Of a DNA stretch of 64,000 nucleotides, positions 49,165 to 62,200 are shown piece by piece; the stretch's first letter is position 1, and each line of letters begins with the position of its first letter. Location: contig CM075996.1 of the NCBI GenBank assembly GCA_038087875.1, forward strand, positions 9,178,001-9,242,000. The letters run 5' to 3'. Made by a program: the position numbers and the translations under genes. Below the pieces are notes generated by a model that worked only from the letters and a program-made list of their open reading frames with translations, was not told the DNA's origin and ran no database searches. Source of the DNA: Malacoraja senta (lineage: Eukaryota).

Positions 49165-50534
49165 GTGAGAGGGAGGGAGGGAGGGAGGGAGTCACCTGAG
49201 GGGAAGGGGAGGAAATGAAGGGAGGGAGTGGAAGACGATGAGGGAAAGGAGAGGAAAAAGGGAGAGAGGAGGAGGGGAAGGGGAGGAGAGGGATTAAGAA
49301 GGAAGAGGAAAGGAGAGGCAGGAGATAGCGAAACGATAAGGCAGGTATTATTGTGGGAAGGGGAGAATTTGGGAAAATCTGAGCAGAGGAGGGAGGGGAG
49401 TATGAGCGAAATGGTGGGGGTGGTGTGGAGGGAGCGGGAGAGCAGGGAAAGACAGCGGTAGGGGAAAGGAGCAGGTAGTGGGAAATATGTTTCATGTACC
49501 AAAGTGGATGGTGACATATTTGTGTAGGAAGGAACTGCAGATGATGGTTTACAAAAAGTTGGAGGAAGTACACTTACCGAGTTCTAACCCCTCATACAGC
49601 TGGTCCGTCGCTCTGAAGCTTCCCATTCTTCTCCCAACACACATCCATGTCCACTTTTGCCTCAGATATAACATTAATTCCCCCCAGCTTCCAAACAAAT
49701 TGTTGATATAATTCGAATACTTGAAGTCCATACTCCCATCTCTGCAATACCCCATCAGTTGTAGTCTGAGAAGAATATCTTTATTACCTCGCATTTCTAA
49801 CTGTAAACCAGATGGCAGTTCACGAATATTTAAGAAGGAACTGCAGATGCTGGAAAATCGAAGGTAGACAAAAATGCTGGAGAAACTCAGTGGGTGAGGC
49901 AGCATCTATGGAGCGAAGGAAATAGGCAACGTTTCGGGTTGAAACCCTTCTTCAGACAGTTCATGAATGTATATTCCCACCAATTCCATGACAGTTTTGT
50001 CATGGTCATGTCACAAAATTGATGAGTTCACACGGTTGAGATAGTTTCAGCAACAAGGAACTGCAGATGCTGGTTTACACAAAAGGACACAAAGTGCTGG
50101 TGTAACTCAGCTGGTCAGACAGCATCTCTGGAAAATATTGATAGGTGATGTTTTGGGTCGGGGCCCTTGTTCAGACTGATGGTAAGAGGGGAAAAGAAAG
50201 CTGGGGGAGACGGAGGACAAAGCATGGCAGATGATACAGATGAGGGGGGGGGGTTGTTGATAGGCAAATGGTTGGTACAAAGGGTCGAGATGAAAGCAGA
50301 AGGTGTGAGACAGGATGGAAGAGTTGCAAATTGTGAAACTAGTGGAAGGAATGTGGGAGGGTGGTGAGGGTAGAGAAACAAGTGGTTCAGTTGAGGCGGG
50401 GGCGGAGGAAGGTAAGGAAATAGGCGATTCAGGTGAGGTACAGTGGGTGGGGGGAGAAAGGGAGGATGTTGGGGGGGTATATTGTTCGAGGTTACCCAAA
50501 ATTGGAGAATTCATCGTTCAATTAGAGAATTCCA

Positions 50535-51255
50535 CCAGGTGGCGCTTCAATGGCAGCCTCGCCAACAGTCTGCCTGTCTTTTTTGTGTTATTTTTAGTGT
50601 GTTTAAAAATTATATGTTAATGTTCTCCGGTTTGTTTTAAGTGGGGGAAGGTCGGGGGAAACTTTTTTTCAATCTCTTACCTTGCCGGAGATGCGATTGT
50701 TTTCCGGGTCGTATCTCCGGTCGCTCTGCGGCCTAACATCGTGGAGCTGGAAACCTTGCTCGGGACCGCGGGGCGTGGATTTACCACCGGAGCCGATTCC
50801 TTGCCTGGGATCGACGCTCCAACCGCCGCCTGCAGACTTTAACATCAAGGAGCTCGCAGTCTCGGTTTGAGACCGACGACGGGGAGCTCCAAAAGCCGGA
50901 CAACGTTCGACTAGCCCCTACCCGGGGTAGATCGCCCGGTGCGGGGGAGCTGAGATTCTCCCCCCATGTAGGAGCTTGATCGCCCTGATGAGGAGGCCCG
51001 CCACAGGCTACGGGAGTAAGATGGTCCCGTCAACGTAAGGTTAGAGGCCCCCGACCGCTGGAGGAAAAAGAAGGGAGAGATTGAACTTTTTTTCGCCTTC
51101 CATCACAGTGAGGAATGTTGAGGAGTCACTGTGGTGGATGTTCATGTTAAAATGTATTTTGTGTGTTCTGTTGCTTTTTATTAGTATGACTGTATGGCAA
51201 ATCAAATTCCTCGTGTGTTTCAAAACATACTTGGCTAATAAAGTATGATTATGAT
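50535..51255 (+). repeat. GC-rich non-autonomous retroposon with Rex/Babar-like tail, inserted in a Penelope fragment
   Basis: Interrupts the Penelope-type sequence on both sides; tail cttggctaataaa(gtatgat) resembles 22340-22369. Confidence 0.55.
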
Positions 51256-52616
51256 ACCATTGAGTTGTAAGTTGCCCGAGTGCAACACGAGGCGCTGTTC
51301 CTCTCTTTTGTATGTGGCCTCACTGGCAATGGAGGAAGCCCAGGACAGAAAAGGTCAGAATGGGTTTGGTAGTTAAAATGGTTAGCAACCGGGAGATCCA
51401 AAAGGCCTTGGTGGACAGAACACAAGTGTCCAGCACTTTGCTGAAACTGGTGCGTGAAACAGAAAAGCAGACTATTTCTTTCACATTGACAGTTTTGTAC
51501 CTTCTGAACTTTCTGAATTTTGTAGTCGGCAGGGCAGTACTCTGCATATCGCCAACTTGGACAATTTTACATTTTCAACAAGCCAATTAACCTACAAACC
51601 TGTACGTCTTTGGAGTGTGGGAGGAAACCGAAGATCTCGGAGAAAACCCACGCAGATCACGGGGAGAACGTACAAACTCCGTACAGACAGCACCAGTAGT
51701 CTCGGGTCTCTGGCACTTCATTTTGCTGTAAGGCAGCAACTCTACCGTTGTGCCACCGTGACTGCTCCGTGACTTGTAAATTCTGATGTTCAAATAGACC
51801 ATGGCATATATTCGCAGATTACTGAAAGCCATCATGAGGTGAGATTAGAGGAAAGGAGATAAATTGGGGAATCACTGGGGAGATTAAGTGGAGAAGGTAG
51901 GTTTAGAAAGGGAGATGTGAAAGAAGGGATATTGCCAAAAAAGGACTCTCACTCAGAGCCAGTCATTAACAGCTGGGTATTCACACAGAGGCAGAGCTGC
52001 CAGTTAACATGCCCCATTACTGTCTGACCTCAGCATCTATTGGAGAACACGGGCTGGTGCTGGATGTACCATACACATTTCGCTATGATATGTCCTGATT
52101 TGATGCAAGCTTTAATAGTAAGATTAAACGAGAACTTACCAGTTTGAAGTTTGATCTTTATTTTATGAGGAGTAACGTTGAGGGATTACGTGAAGAAGAC
52201 CCCGTCCAGCCGCACACGCGTCAATCTTTCAAAGCAGCGGAGTGACAATCACAGACGATAATTACTGAAGTATGATAGTAAGATGCATAAAGACTTAGAA
52301 CTACCAGCTTGATCCTTTTATGAGGGTGGGAGCGGAGGGCACGTAATCCCTCAACGTTACTCCTCATAAAATAAAGATCAAACTTCAAACTGGTAAGTTC
52401 TCGTTTAATCTTACTATTTTACTTCGGAGTCACGTGAGTGACTACGTGAAGATTTCAAAGCTCTGTGATTTCACACCGTGGATTAAAATCCAGGTGCTCA
52501 CTGCACTGATTGACTCTATTGAGTAAGCACAATCAACAATGCATAACCACAACATTAAATGTAATCAGTTAATGGTTCTATTTATTTTAACAAAAGTAAC
52601 AAATTAGGCCCATTTA

Positions 52617-53612
52617 TTATAATGGGGGATTTAATACTGAATCCAGCACGGCATCACTAAACACCCTGAGATCTTTAATCTCCTTATGGTAATACTTGTG
52701 AAACATCTGTTCACTTGCCCATCCTGCGGCCGCGAGGATAAGGTCTATTGGCACATCTGAATCCCTGGCCGCCGATGTTGATGCCGCCCTGGTGGAATGA
52801 GATCTAAATTTATCAGTATCAATATCTGAATAAATCAACACCTGTTTCAACCATCTTGAAATTGTCTGTGTTGACACTTTCTTATGAGGCTTTTTATGAC
52901 TAATAAAAAATGCCAATTCTGTGCCTCTTAAGATTCTGGTTGTTTCCATGTAACATCTTACATATGTTACTACACATAGCCGTGGATCCTTAGGATATGT
53001 TGAAAACTCCAACTTACATCCCGTGAACCCAGGTCTACTTACCTTCAGTAAACCATAGACATAGAATGTAACGGCATTCGCCCCTACCTTCATTATGTCA
53101 ATTCTTAGTTTCTGTAATGTTTGAACTCTCTGAGCTGAAACTAATGCCATGAGCATAACCAATTGCATGGTGATTTTGGCTAATGACAGAGTTTCAATAG
53201 GATTCCAATCCCTCAGCAGCATCAGTACATCTTTTACATTCCAGATTTCTGTATACCTAGGTCTAGGAGGATTGCAGTTGAAAATTCCTTTCATAAACCT
53301 ACAGACCCAAGGATGTGATCCTATTGGATTTTGTTCTGATTCACTGCTTAAATATGCAGAGAGTGCACTTCGTGCAGTATTGATTGCACTATAACTTAAT
53401 TTTAATTTGTAGTATAGAGTTTAAAGAAACTCTATTACATCTGAAATTTCTGCTGTGTTATATGCAATATTCTTTCCTGAACAAAACACCTCCCATTTCT
53501 TTATATAGGAAATGTACTGCTTCTGGGTACTATTCCTCCAGGCTGCTGTCATAACATCCACCGTACGATCTGATAATCCTTTTCCAAGATATGGCCTTCT
53601 TAGAATCTGCAA
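52617..53612 (-). pseudogene. DIRS tyrosine recombinase (N-terminal part frameshifted; catalytic domain open at 52617-53294)
   Basis: SAQRV (R), HSTR (H-x-x-R), AAGW, FHKYY (Y); N-terminal AWRNSTQKQY...W. Confidence 0.9.
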
Positions 53613-53651
53613 ATCAACAAACCAATACGATCATGTAAAGGATGTGGTTCA

Positions 53652-54011
53652 TCAGTTTACAGGGTGTACAAGCAGTTTTATCTGCTTTGGAATAATCATA
53701 AGGGTTTTTTTGATCATTTTTAACACCAGTAGGTACCATAGCTGTGTAGGCCAATCTGGTACTACCAAAATCCCTGAGGCTGAGTCTTGTTTAATTTTCT
53801 GTATGCATCTGATGATTAAACAAAATGGTGGAAATTCATACAGAAACATACCACCCCAATGTAGCAAGAAAGCATCCACCGCTACTGCACCAGGATCAGG
53901 TTCCCACGACACATACTTAAGCAATTGGTGGTTCAGTCTTGATGCAAACAAATCAATCACTGGCATTCCAAATTGTGTTATAATTTGTATAAATATATCC
54001 TGATTTAACAT
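53652..54011 (-). pseudogene. DIRS methyltransferase-like domain
   Basis: IDLFASRLN...DAF..W...FPPF...VPDWPTQLWY. Confidence 0.8.
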
Positions 54012-54125
54012 CCATTCTGTATTATTATTAAATTTACGTGATTTTTGGTCTGCAATTATATTAAATGTTACTGGTAAATATATTGCTGACAGCCAAATTT
54101 TCCTGGCAATACACCAGGTCCAAAT

Positions 54126-55810
54126 TTAATTTGCCAATCTATCACATGATTCTGATTTATTACCACACATGTGATTTATGTATGCTACAGCTGTAGTATT
54201 GTCAACCTGTACCTGAACATGCACATTTCGCATATTAGTGCAATAAGCTTTAAGGCCATAAAATGCTCCTAACAGCTCTAGGTAATTGATCCCCTGATTT
54301 TCCAGCAAAGGTACTTCATTCACATTCCACCTACTTCCACAGCTGGAAATTATGTTAGTCGCACCCCAACCAAGAGCACTTACATCAGTCTAGAATGACG
54401 GAAGGTGTTTCTACCAGAACTTTTCTGGAAGCATTAGAGACATTGTTAATCCACCATATTATTTCTGTAATGGATCCAATTGTCAATTTCATGGGCCTGT
54501 CAAAATGCCCTTTATTCATTTTTAATGCTGGTACCTTAGCCCTCTGCAAACATTGATAATGCAATGGTCCAAACCTGACAGCTGGAAACCCAGCAATTAA
54601 TTTGCCCAGCAAGCTTGCCACTTCTCTAATTGAAGGTGTGTCCTCGTTTATGAGTTTGATGCAACCTTCAATTAACTGCAGCCTTTTCTCTTTTGGCAAA
54701 GTGATTACCACGTGTTCAAAGTTAATTGTGAACCCTAGATAATCAATCTTCTTGCTTGGTAACAATTTAGATTTTTGTAGGTGAATAATGAAACCCATTT
54801 TCTCAAAATTGTACTTGACTCTAGATACGGACAATTTTGCAGTAGCCAAAGTGTACCCTACAATCAGAATATCGTCTGAATAGGACATTAGTACATGGCC
54901 CTCAGCTCTTAGCAGAGCTAAAAATTTGTTTGAGTAATTTAGTGAATAATCTTGGTGCTGGTCAGGCCATTGGGCAATGCATTAAATTGCCATAACTGAC
55001 TCATCCATCTAAATTTCAAATACCTTTGATCATTACCATGCATTGCCACAGAATAATATGCATCTTGCAGATCTATGCTTGCCATATAGCAATTTTTTGT
55101 GATCAGCTGAATGGCATTAGTAAATGTTTCCATTTTGAAATGTTTATATTGTACACAAAAGTTAAGATTTGTCAGATCCAAAATGATTCTACATCCACCA
55201 TTCCTTGGAGGACCTACACAGTTCCCACTGTCTCAAAAAATCCCAGAAGATCATAAAGGACATTTTCCACCCCGGTCACTCCCTGGCTGAACTGCTGCCG
55301 TCAGGCAGACGGTACAGATCAATGAGGACAAGGACAAACAGACTCAAAAACAGTTTTTATCCCACAGCAATAACTACACTTAATGTAGCCACCAAATGAG
55401 TGCAGGTGTGCTACACACCAAAGGGACTGTGAAATCGACAGAAGAATGTGGTTTTTTTCATGTTATTTATTTTAGTTGTTTATCTTAGACTTGCTCTTAG
55501 AAAATGTGTGAATGGTGCACTGACTGGTTGGCATTTCTAATTTCGTTGTACATGTTTACATGTTATAATGACAATAAAGTATTCATTCATTCGTTCTCCC
55601 TTTTTGCTTAAAGTTTCTAATTCTCCTTTGATCAATTTATTTTCTTCCTTTGAGAAAATCCGTGACCAGCTTGAATTTTTCTGAATTGGAGGATCCAAGT
55701 GTGGATAGAACTCAATTTTGAATCCTACAATGCTACTTAGAATAAATGAATCATTTGTTATTAACTGCCATTCTTTTAGGAAGAATCGTAACCTTCCCCC
55801 TATTTGTGAA
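54126..55810 (-). pseudogene. DIRS reverse transcriptase and RNase H, frameshifted and interrupted
   Basis: IGGRL..F..EW, LDLT.LN, HFKMET, IDLQDAY, LPNGL, YSDD, INYLEL, VDNTTAVAYIN. Confidence 0.9.
55201..55591 (+). mobile_element. Rex1/Babar-like LINE 3' fragment inserted in the DIRS RT
   Basis: HPGHSL..LLPSGRRYRS.RTRTNRLKNSFYP; AATAAA-(ATTC)n tail. Confidence 0.8.
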
Positions 55811-55899
55811 TGGAAAACATTTGTTGTATTTCTTACCAGACCAGGACTCCCTAACTCGGGGTTTGCCACTGGCAATTGTTGTCCCCTTCTGGTAGGCAT

Positions 55900-57340
55900 A
55901 TTGGAACCCCTACGTATCCCCGGTGCAGCACGCCAACGTGTATACGAGAATGATCGGCTTGTTCCTTCTCCAGCACCAGCATTCCGCCTGTAGGAATACT
56001 GCCTTCGCACCGCTCCGCTCAGCATCGGTGGTTTCATCATCATACCACTCATGGTTTTTGACTCTTCATTCAAGTCCTTTAGTTTCTTTGCTAGATTTTC
56101 TCCAAACAGCAGATTAGGCATTTGTATGTTGGATGGTTTCCAGAGCCCTGCATACTTAGGATGAATATTTGGTTTTATTACATTTTTACGAATACAATTT
56201 ATCAAAGTGCGCACTACACATGAGTGCTAAGGCATTTTGTTGTGAATCTGATATGAAATCATCATCCAATCCCCTGGCAAACCCAATGCTCAAATAACCC
56301 CATGTCAAGTTATTCACTGCTGGAACTGTTAGCCAGTCACAATTCGCCGGGGCTCATACTGTTTAATAGTCTCATCCATAGTTACTTCATGGAGCTGATG
56401 GGAGAGTAGATAATTTATAGTCATTGCTATTTCCTCTCTCAAAGGTTCCCCCTTTTTTTTTTTTTTTTTTCCTTATGGGAACAGCAAACTTTTGTGCTAG
56501 TCCAGGAACTTTCAGCTCTGATAATGGGCTCTCATCCTCATAGAAATCATCTTCTGAATCTAGATGTTCCTCTTCAGGTTGGGTAAATTCTGGCTCCCCT
56601 GTTTCAGGTAAGTCTATACCAGATTCCCCCTGCACGGGCTCTCTTGTAGGCCCACGGATAGGCAGCCCTTTTTCAGGTGCTGCTGGCGCTGGCTCAACCC
56701 TAGGCCAACGCTTCATAATTTTTTCTTTTGAAATTGTCGGTGCTGGCACATATGTACATTTGTACTGTCTTTGCTCAGACATTTCTGGTACTGGCTCTCC
56801 AGTAGGCCAGCACATATATTGCCTTTTTACAGGCATTTCTGGCACTGGCTCTCCTGTAGGCCAGCACATATGTTGTCTTTTTTGTGGGCCAACCACTGTA
56901 ATAGCTTTGTACAGGCATTTCTGATGGCTCTCCTGTAGGCCACCCTTGTGCCTGTCCCATCCAAGGCACACCCTGTGCTATCCTTTATTGGCCAACACCG
57001 ACCTAAATCCTCCTGTGGGAGTTCTTTGTAAATTTGTTCCCCTCAGGAGCTCTAAGCTAGCGACCCTTGCAGCCATAATATTTCTGCTTCAGGAGGGTAT
57101 ACCTCCGGGTCTGACTCATCTGAGTCTACAGGTCGGGCCGACTTTTGTCCAGCCTTGCGCCCCGCCGCCGGCGGATTGACAGCACATTCGACTGCAGCGG
57201 GAGTTAATGGCTTCGATGCCACTGACTCCTCTGCCTGACGCCCGCTACCCTTAGAATCGGGTTTTACCTGCGGTGCGTCCCTGTCCTCTCTTTCCCCTAC
57301 GCTCTTTCCAACACGTCTGAGCGGGACGAAAAGCACCCTG
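55900..57340 (-). pseudogene. DIRS gag-like ORF remnants with ~54-bp tandem repeats
   Basis: Position 5' of pol, LLFGENL motif, repeated KRQ(Y/H)MCWPTGEPVPEM units at ~56770-56940. Confidence 0.6.
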
Positions 57341-58372
57341 TAAGTGAAAATGAAAGCACTTACCTTCTCGACTTTTTACTTTATGCTTTTTACTCAACGC
57401 CTGGAGGAGCTCCTGCTCCTCCACACACGGTCATGAACGCTATGCGTCTGATCGATATGACGCGTGTGCGGCTGGACGGGGTCTTCTTCACGTAGTCACT
57501 CACGTGACTCCGAAGTAAAATCTCCAAAGAGTGTTTAGAGATACAGCGGGGAAACAGGCCCTTCGGCCCACCGAGTCCGCATGGACTAGCGATCCCCGCA
57601 CACTAACGCTATCCTTTGCACATTAGGGACAATTACAATTATACCAAAGCAAATTAACCTAAAAACCTGTACGTCTTTGGAGTGTGCGAGGAATCCCGAG
57701 ATCCTGGAGAAAACCCATGCAAGTCACGGGGAGAACGTGCAAACCATTGTAATTTCTTCAATTCAAAATGGTGATCCTTAGTTCAATGTAGGCTGAAGGA
57801 ACAGTGTCTCATCTTTTGTTTAGGATCTTTACAGCTTTCAGGTTCCACCAACTGAGATAATCAGCCTGCCCTGTTGTATCAGAGTCACATTCTGTAAGGT
57901 CATCCACCTGTAATATTAACAACTTTTTTTCTGAATTCATGGATGCTACCTGACCTGAGTATTTGCAGGATCATTTATTTTTGCATTTACAGAAGCCACT
58001 GTATTTTCACTTCAGGTTCCAGCATGATTATTTTAATCATTTCTATTTACCCTTCTACGGAAAAGGTCTGCTGTAATTAATAAACATCCATTCCCATCTT
58101 CCAAGTGTGTCTTTGTTTTCCATGTCCTGTTTTCCATTTATTTCCATATCCAGTTTTATTGCTGCATATCGTTAATTTAATTTGAAATTATGTATAAAAA
58201 TTCCACAAGATGTCAGGCGCATCACACTGAGATTTATCATTATTTTATTCCTCCATTTCACATGCGACAACTGTTGGGAAGTCTTGCACATATTTTTCAA
58301 TTGTTTTCATCTTTTGTGATTCTAGATACACATCTTAGTAATTGATATAACTACGCCGTGCTGTTTGTAACC

Positions 58373-58429
58373 ATGAAGGCCATTGGGGATCAGGTGGTGG
58401 AGGAGGAAGTCAGTTTCCAGGATGACGAG
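58373..58429 (+). CDS. Candidate first coding exon of an unidentified gene (MKAIGDQVVEEEVSFQDDE)
   Basis: Acceptor ttttgtgattctAG at 58324-58325, Kozak-like aaccATG, donor GAG|GTACAG; product not recognised. Confidence 0.45.
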
Positions 58430-59239
58430 GTACAGTAACTTTAGAAATAGAATCTGAAGTGTCCCAGAGTGAGAGGTCTATTCAGATATTAAATGAAATT
58501 ATCAAGTGGTCCTGCATCTGGGAAGTGAAGTTGTCAGAATTGTCATAAAATCAAATTGTCATAGGCTTTAAGTACGTATGGACAATCCCATTTACAGAGT
58601 TGGTGTCCAGAACCTTCCATTTCTCAATCTTTCAAACGCTTATGTATGTCCACTGTACCTATTTCTAATGATCTGGTCTCCACTGCCCTTCGGGTTGGAG
58701 AATTGCAGAGATTCACAACCATGAATGACATGATGGGCCAAAGGTCTAGTTTCTGTACTTAATGACTACCTGCTGACTCCACTTTACCATAATCATTACA
58801 ATAACAGTTCATGAATCCAGTGCTTCCTTCCTGCGCCATTGCAAAGACAAACAACCATCGCATGATCACTACTTGTGGGTCCATGATCAGGGGCTCCACC
58901 AGATCACCATTCCCACGTGTCCATGGACCAGGGTGGATGCTTCGATTTGGAGTTGATGGATATAGAGAAAGATTTTCTGGGTTTTTATGTGTATTGTGTA
59001 TTTTAACTGTGAAGTTTATTGCATCTGAGGAATGATATTGATTGGGACAGAGGAAATACCATAAGCAGCAAGGTAGACCAAATGAACAGTTGCATTTATC
59101 ATCGGCTTTTGTACTCGTTGTCTTCCTCATTTAGTTGTGCTACCATTGAGGTCTCATTTTGTATTGAATTGCTCTTAGTCTGGTACCTCATGCTTGACCA
59201 TGCCCTGGGTGGGTGATCCTAGTAAGAATGTATGATTCC

Positions 59240-62200
59240 CAAGGCCGGATTTTCGTATAAGCTTGACAAGCTTACGCTTAGGGCCTCGAGATTTAGGGGG
59301 ACCTCGCAGAGCCGGATTTACCACTAGGCTTCATAGGCTGAAGCCTAGGGCCTCGAAATCTAGGGGGCCTCCGTCCAAGGCAGGACACCTACCGTTCAAC
59401 TCTGGGCGGGCCCCCCTCTCTATCTCTCTCTCTCTCTCTCTGTCTGTCAATCTCCGTCTCCGCCCGCCATCCAGGTCGCCGGGTCTCCGCTCTCCGCTCG
59501 CTCCTCATCCGCTGGCACGGCAGGCCGCCTTGCACATGCGCACTGCTACGGCCAGCACATCCTCCCCACTGCACATGCGCACAACCACGGCCAGCACATC
59601 ATCGGCCGCCCTGCGCATGTGCACTGCCACGGCAACTGGTCGCGACCGCTGAAAACCAACGCACAATCACTCCCTGTCCCTGGATCTGGAGTAACTCCCT
59701 GGAGTAACTCTTGCTTCTGGTTTCATGGTCCTCCATAAATATTCTAAATGGAATTTAAACTGGAGGTGGTGGAGGGCTGAACAATAACAGCATATTGCAT
59801 TTTATCTGTTTATTTATTGTGTATATATATGGTCTATGGTATATAAACACACTGAACTTTTATCTCCTGTTTTGTATTATGTTTACATATTCTGTTGTGC
59901 TGCAGCAAGCAAGAATTTCATTGTTCTATCTGGGACACATGACAATAAAACTCTCTTGACTCTTGACTTGGACTTAAGCAAAAAAGGGTTCTTGGGGAAA
60001 AAAGAGGTACCTTAAATTTAGTTGCGTCTGGTTGGGTAACTATGGTAGGGTGAAGACTATTCCATGCTTTAATTGTGCGGGGGAATGCCATGGAGCAGTC
60101 AGCAACTCTGGATAGAAGAAATTGGGTGACGTTTCGGGTAGAGACCTTTCTTTAGACTCCCTCTGGCTTTAGTGTTTTTAGTTTAATTTAAAGATACAGC
60201 GTGGAAACAGACCCTTCGGCCCACCGAGTCCACGCCGACTACCGATCACCCATACACTAGTTCTATCCCACACATTAGCGGAGTAAGTCAAGAGCCAAAA
60301 GTGTTTTATTCTCTCACGTCCCAGTTAGAACAACAGAATATGTAAACACAGTACTCTGTAAACAATGTTATAATGAAGAAAAGATGGTGTATATTTATAT
60401 ATGAATATATAACTATATATATATATGTGTGTGTGTGTGTGGGTATATATAATATATATACCCACACACACACACACACACAATTTCCCTCCTGGGATTA
60501 ATAAAGTTCTATCGTATAGTATCGTGTGTGTAGGAAGGAACTGCAGATGCTGGTTTAAACTGAAGATAGACACAAAAAGCTGGAGTAACTCAACAGGTCA
60601 GAATCTCTGGACAAAAGGAAAATGTTATGTTTTGGGTTGGGTCTGAAATAGGTTCCTGCACACCTTCGGAATGTGGAAGGAAACAAGAGCACCCGGAGAA
60701 AACCCATGCGATCAAAGGGAAAAGGAGCAAAAACTCCATACAGACAGCACCCATATTCAGGATCAATCCCTCTGGCACTTTTAGGCATCAACTTTGTGGC
60801 CAATGTACCCATAGTCTTGAACTTATGGCCAAAGCCCCATAGTCTTCAACTTAATTAAAACATACAGTAGCTGTAAAGGGGGACATAGCGTTACTTGGAG
60901 ATTTAAAACTGAAAATGGATATTTTCATTTTTTTAGTAACCAAAGTTATCAACGTATAATTTTTTGTGTGTTGGAAAACAAAATATAGTGGCATAGCTGG
61001 TAGACTTGCTGCCTCACATGCCAGAGATCTGTGTTCGATCCTGTCCTCGGGCACTGTCTGTGTTGAATTTGCACATTCTCCCTGCAAGCATGTGGGTTTC
61101 CTCCCTCATCCCAAAGACGCATTGGCCTTGTAGGTTAACTTGTCTCTGTAAAATTGCCCCTAATGTGTAGGGAGTGGGTGAGGAAAGTGGGATAACAGAA
61201 CGTGTGTGAATGGGTAAACAAAAATGCTGGAGAAACTCAGCGGGTGAGGCAGCATCTATGAAGGAAATAGGCGACGTTTCAGGTCGAGACCCTTCTTCAG
61301 ACTGATGTGAGGATGGGGGGGACGGGAAGAAGAAAGGAAGAGGCGGAGACAGTGGGCTGAGGGAGAGCTGGGAAGGGGAGGAGAAAGCAGGGATTACCTG
61401 AAATTGGAGAAGTCAATGTTCATACCGCTGGGGTGTAAACTACCCAAGCGAAACATGAGGCGCTGCTCCTCCAATTTACGGTGGGCCTCACTCTGGCCAT
61501 GGAAGAGGCCCAGGACAGAAAGGTCAGATTCGGAATGGGAGGGGGAGTTGAAGTGCTGAGCCACCGGGAGATCAGGTTGGTTATTGCGGACCGAGCGGAG
61601 GTGTTGTGCAAAGCGATCGCCAAGCCTACGCTTGGTCTCACCGATGTAGAGCAGCTGACACCTAGAGCAGTGGATGCAATAGATGAGGTTGGAGGAGGTG
61701 CAGGTGAACCTCTGCCGCACGTGGAAAGACTGCTTAGGTCCTTGAATGGAGTCAAGGGGGGAGGTAAAGCGACAAGTGTAGCATTTCCTGCGGTTGCAAG
61801 GGAAAGTGCCAGGAGAGGGGGTGGTTTGGGTGGTAAGGGACGAATTGACCAGGGAGTTACGGAGGGAGCGGTCTCTGCGGAAAGCCAACAGAGGAGGAGA
61901 TGGGAAGATGTGGGTAAGGCAGCATCTATGAAGCGAAGGAATAGACGACGTTTCGGGTCGAGACCCTTCTTCAGATTGATGTCCGGGGGGGGGACACAAA
62001 AAAGAAGGAAGAAGCGGAGACAGTAGGCTGTGGGAGAGCTGGGAATGGGAGGGGAAGAAGGGAGAAAGCAAGGACTACCTGAAATTAGAGAAGCCAATGT
62101 GCATACTGCTGGGGTGTAAACTACCCAAGCAAATATGAGGTGCTGCTCCTCCAATATGCGGTGGGCCTCACTCTGGCCATGGAGGAGGCCCAGGACAGAA

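Larger units (their letters stand above)
52114..57521 (-). mobile_element. DIRS1-type tyrosine-recombinase retrotransposon, structurally complete with decayed ORFs
   Basis: Inverted terminal repeats (52187-52223 and 57458-57494); internal complementary region 52340-52452 matching both termini; AAT at both junctions; gag-RT-RNaseH-MT-YR gene order. Confidence 0.93.

Noticed and set aside
48930..49573. Long minus-strand Pro/Ser/Leu-rich ORFs
   Set aside because: Translation of a purine-rich low-complexity tract and promoter; no domain or splice support
52617..54011. Phage-integrase-like and methylase-like ORFs as evidence of prophage or bacterial contamination
   Set aside because: They are normal DIRS1 components lying within the element's terminal repeats
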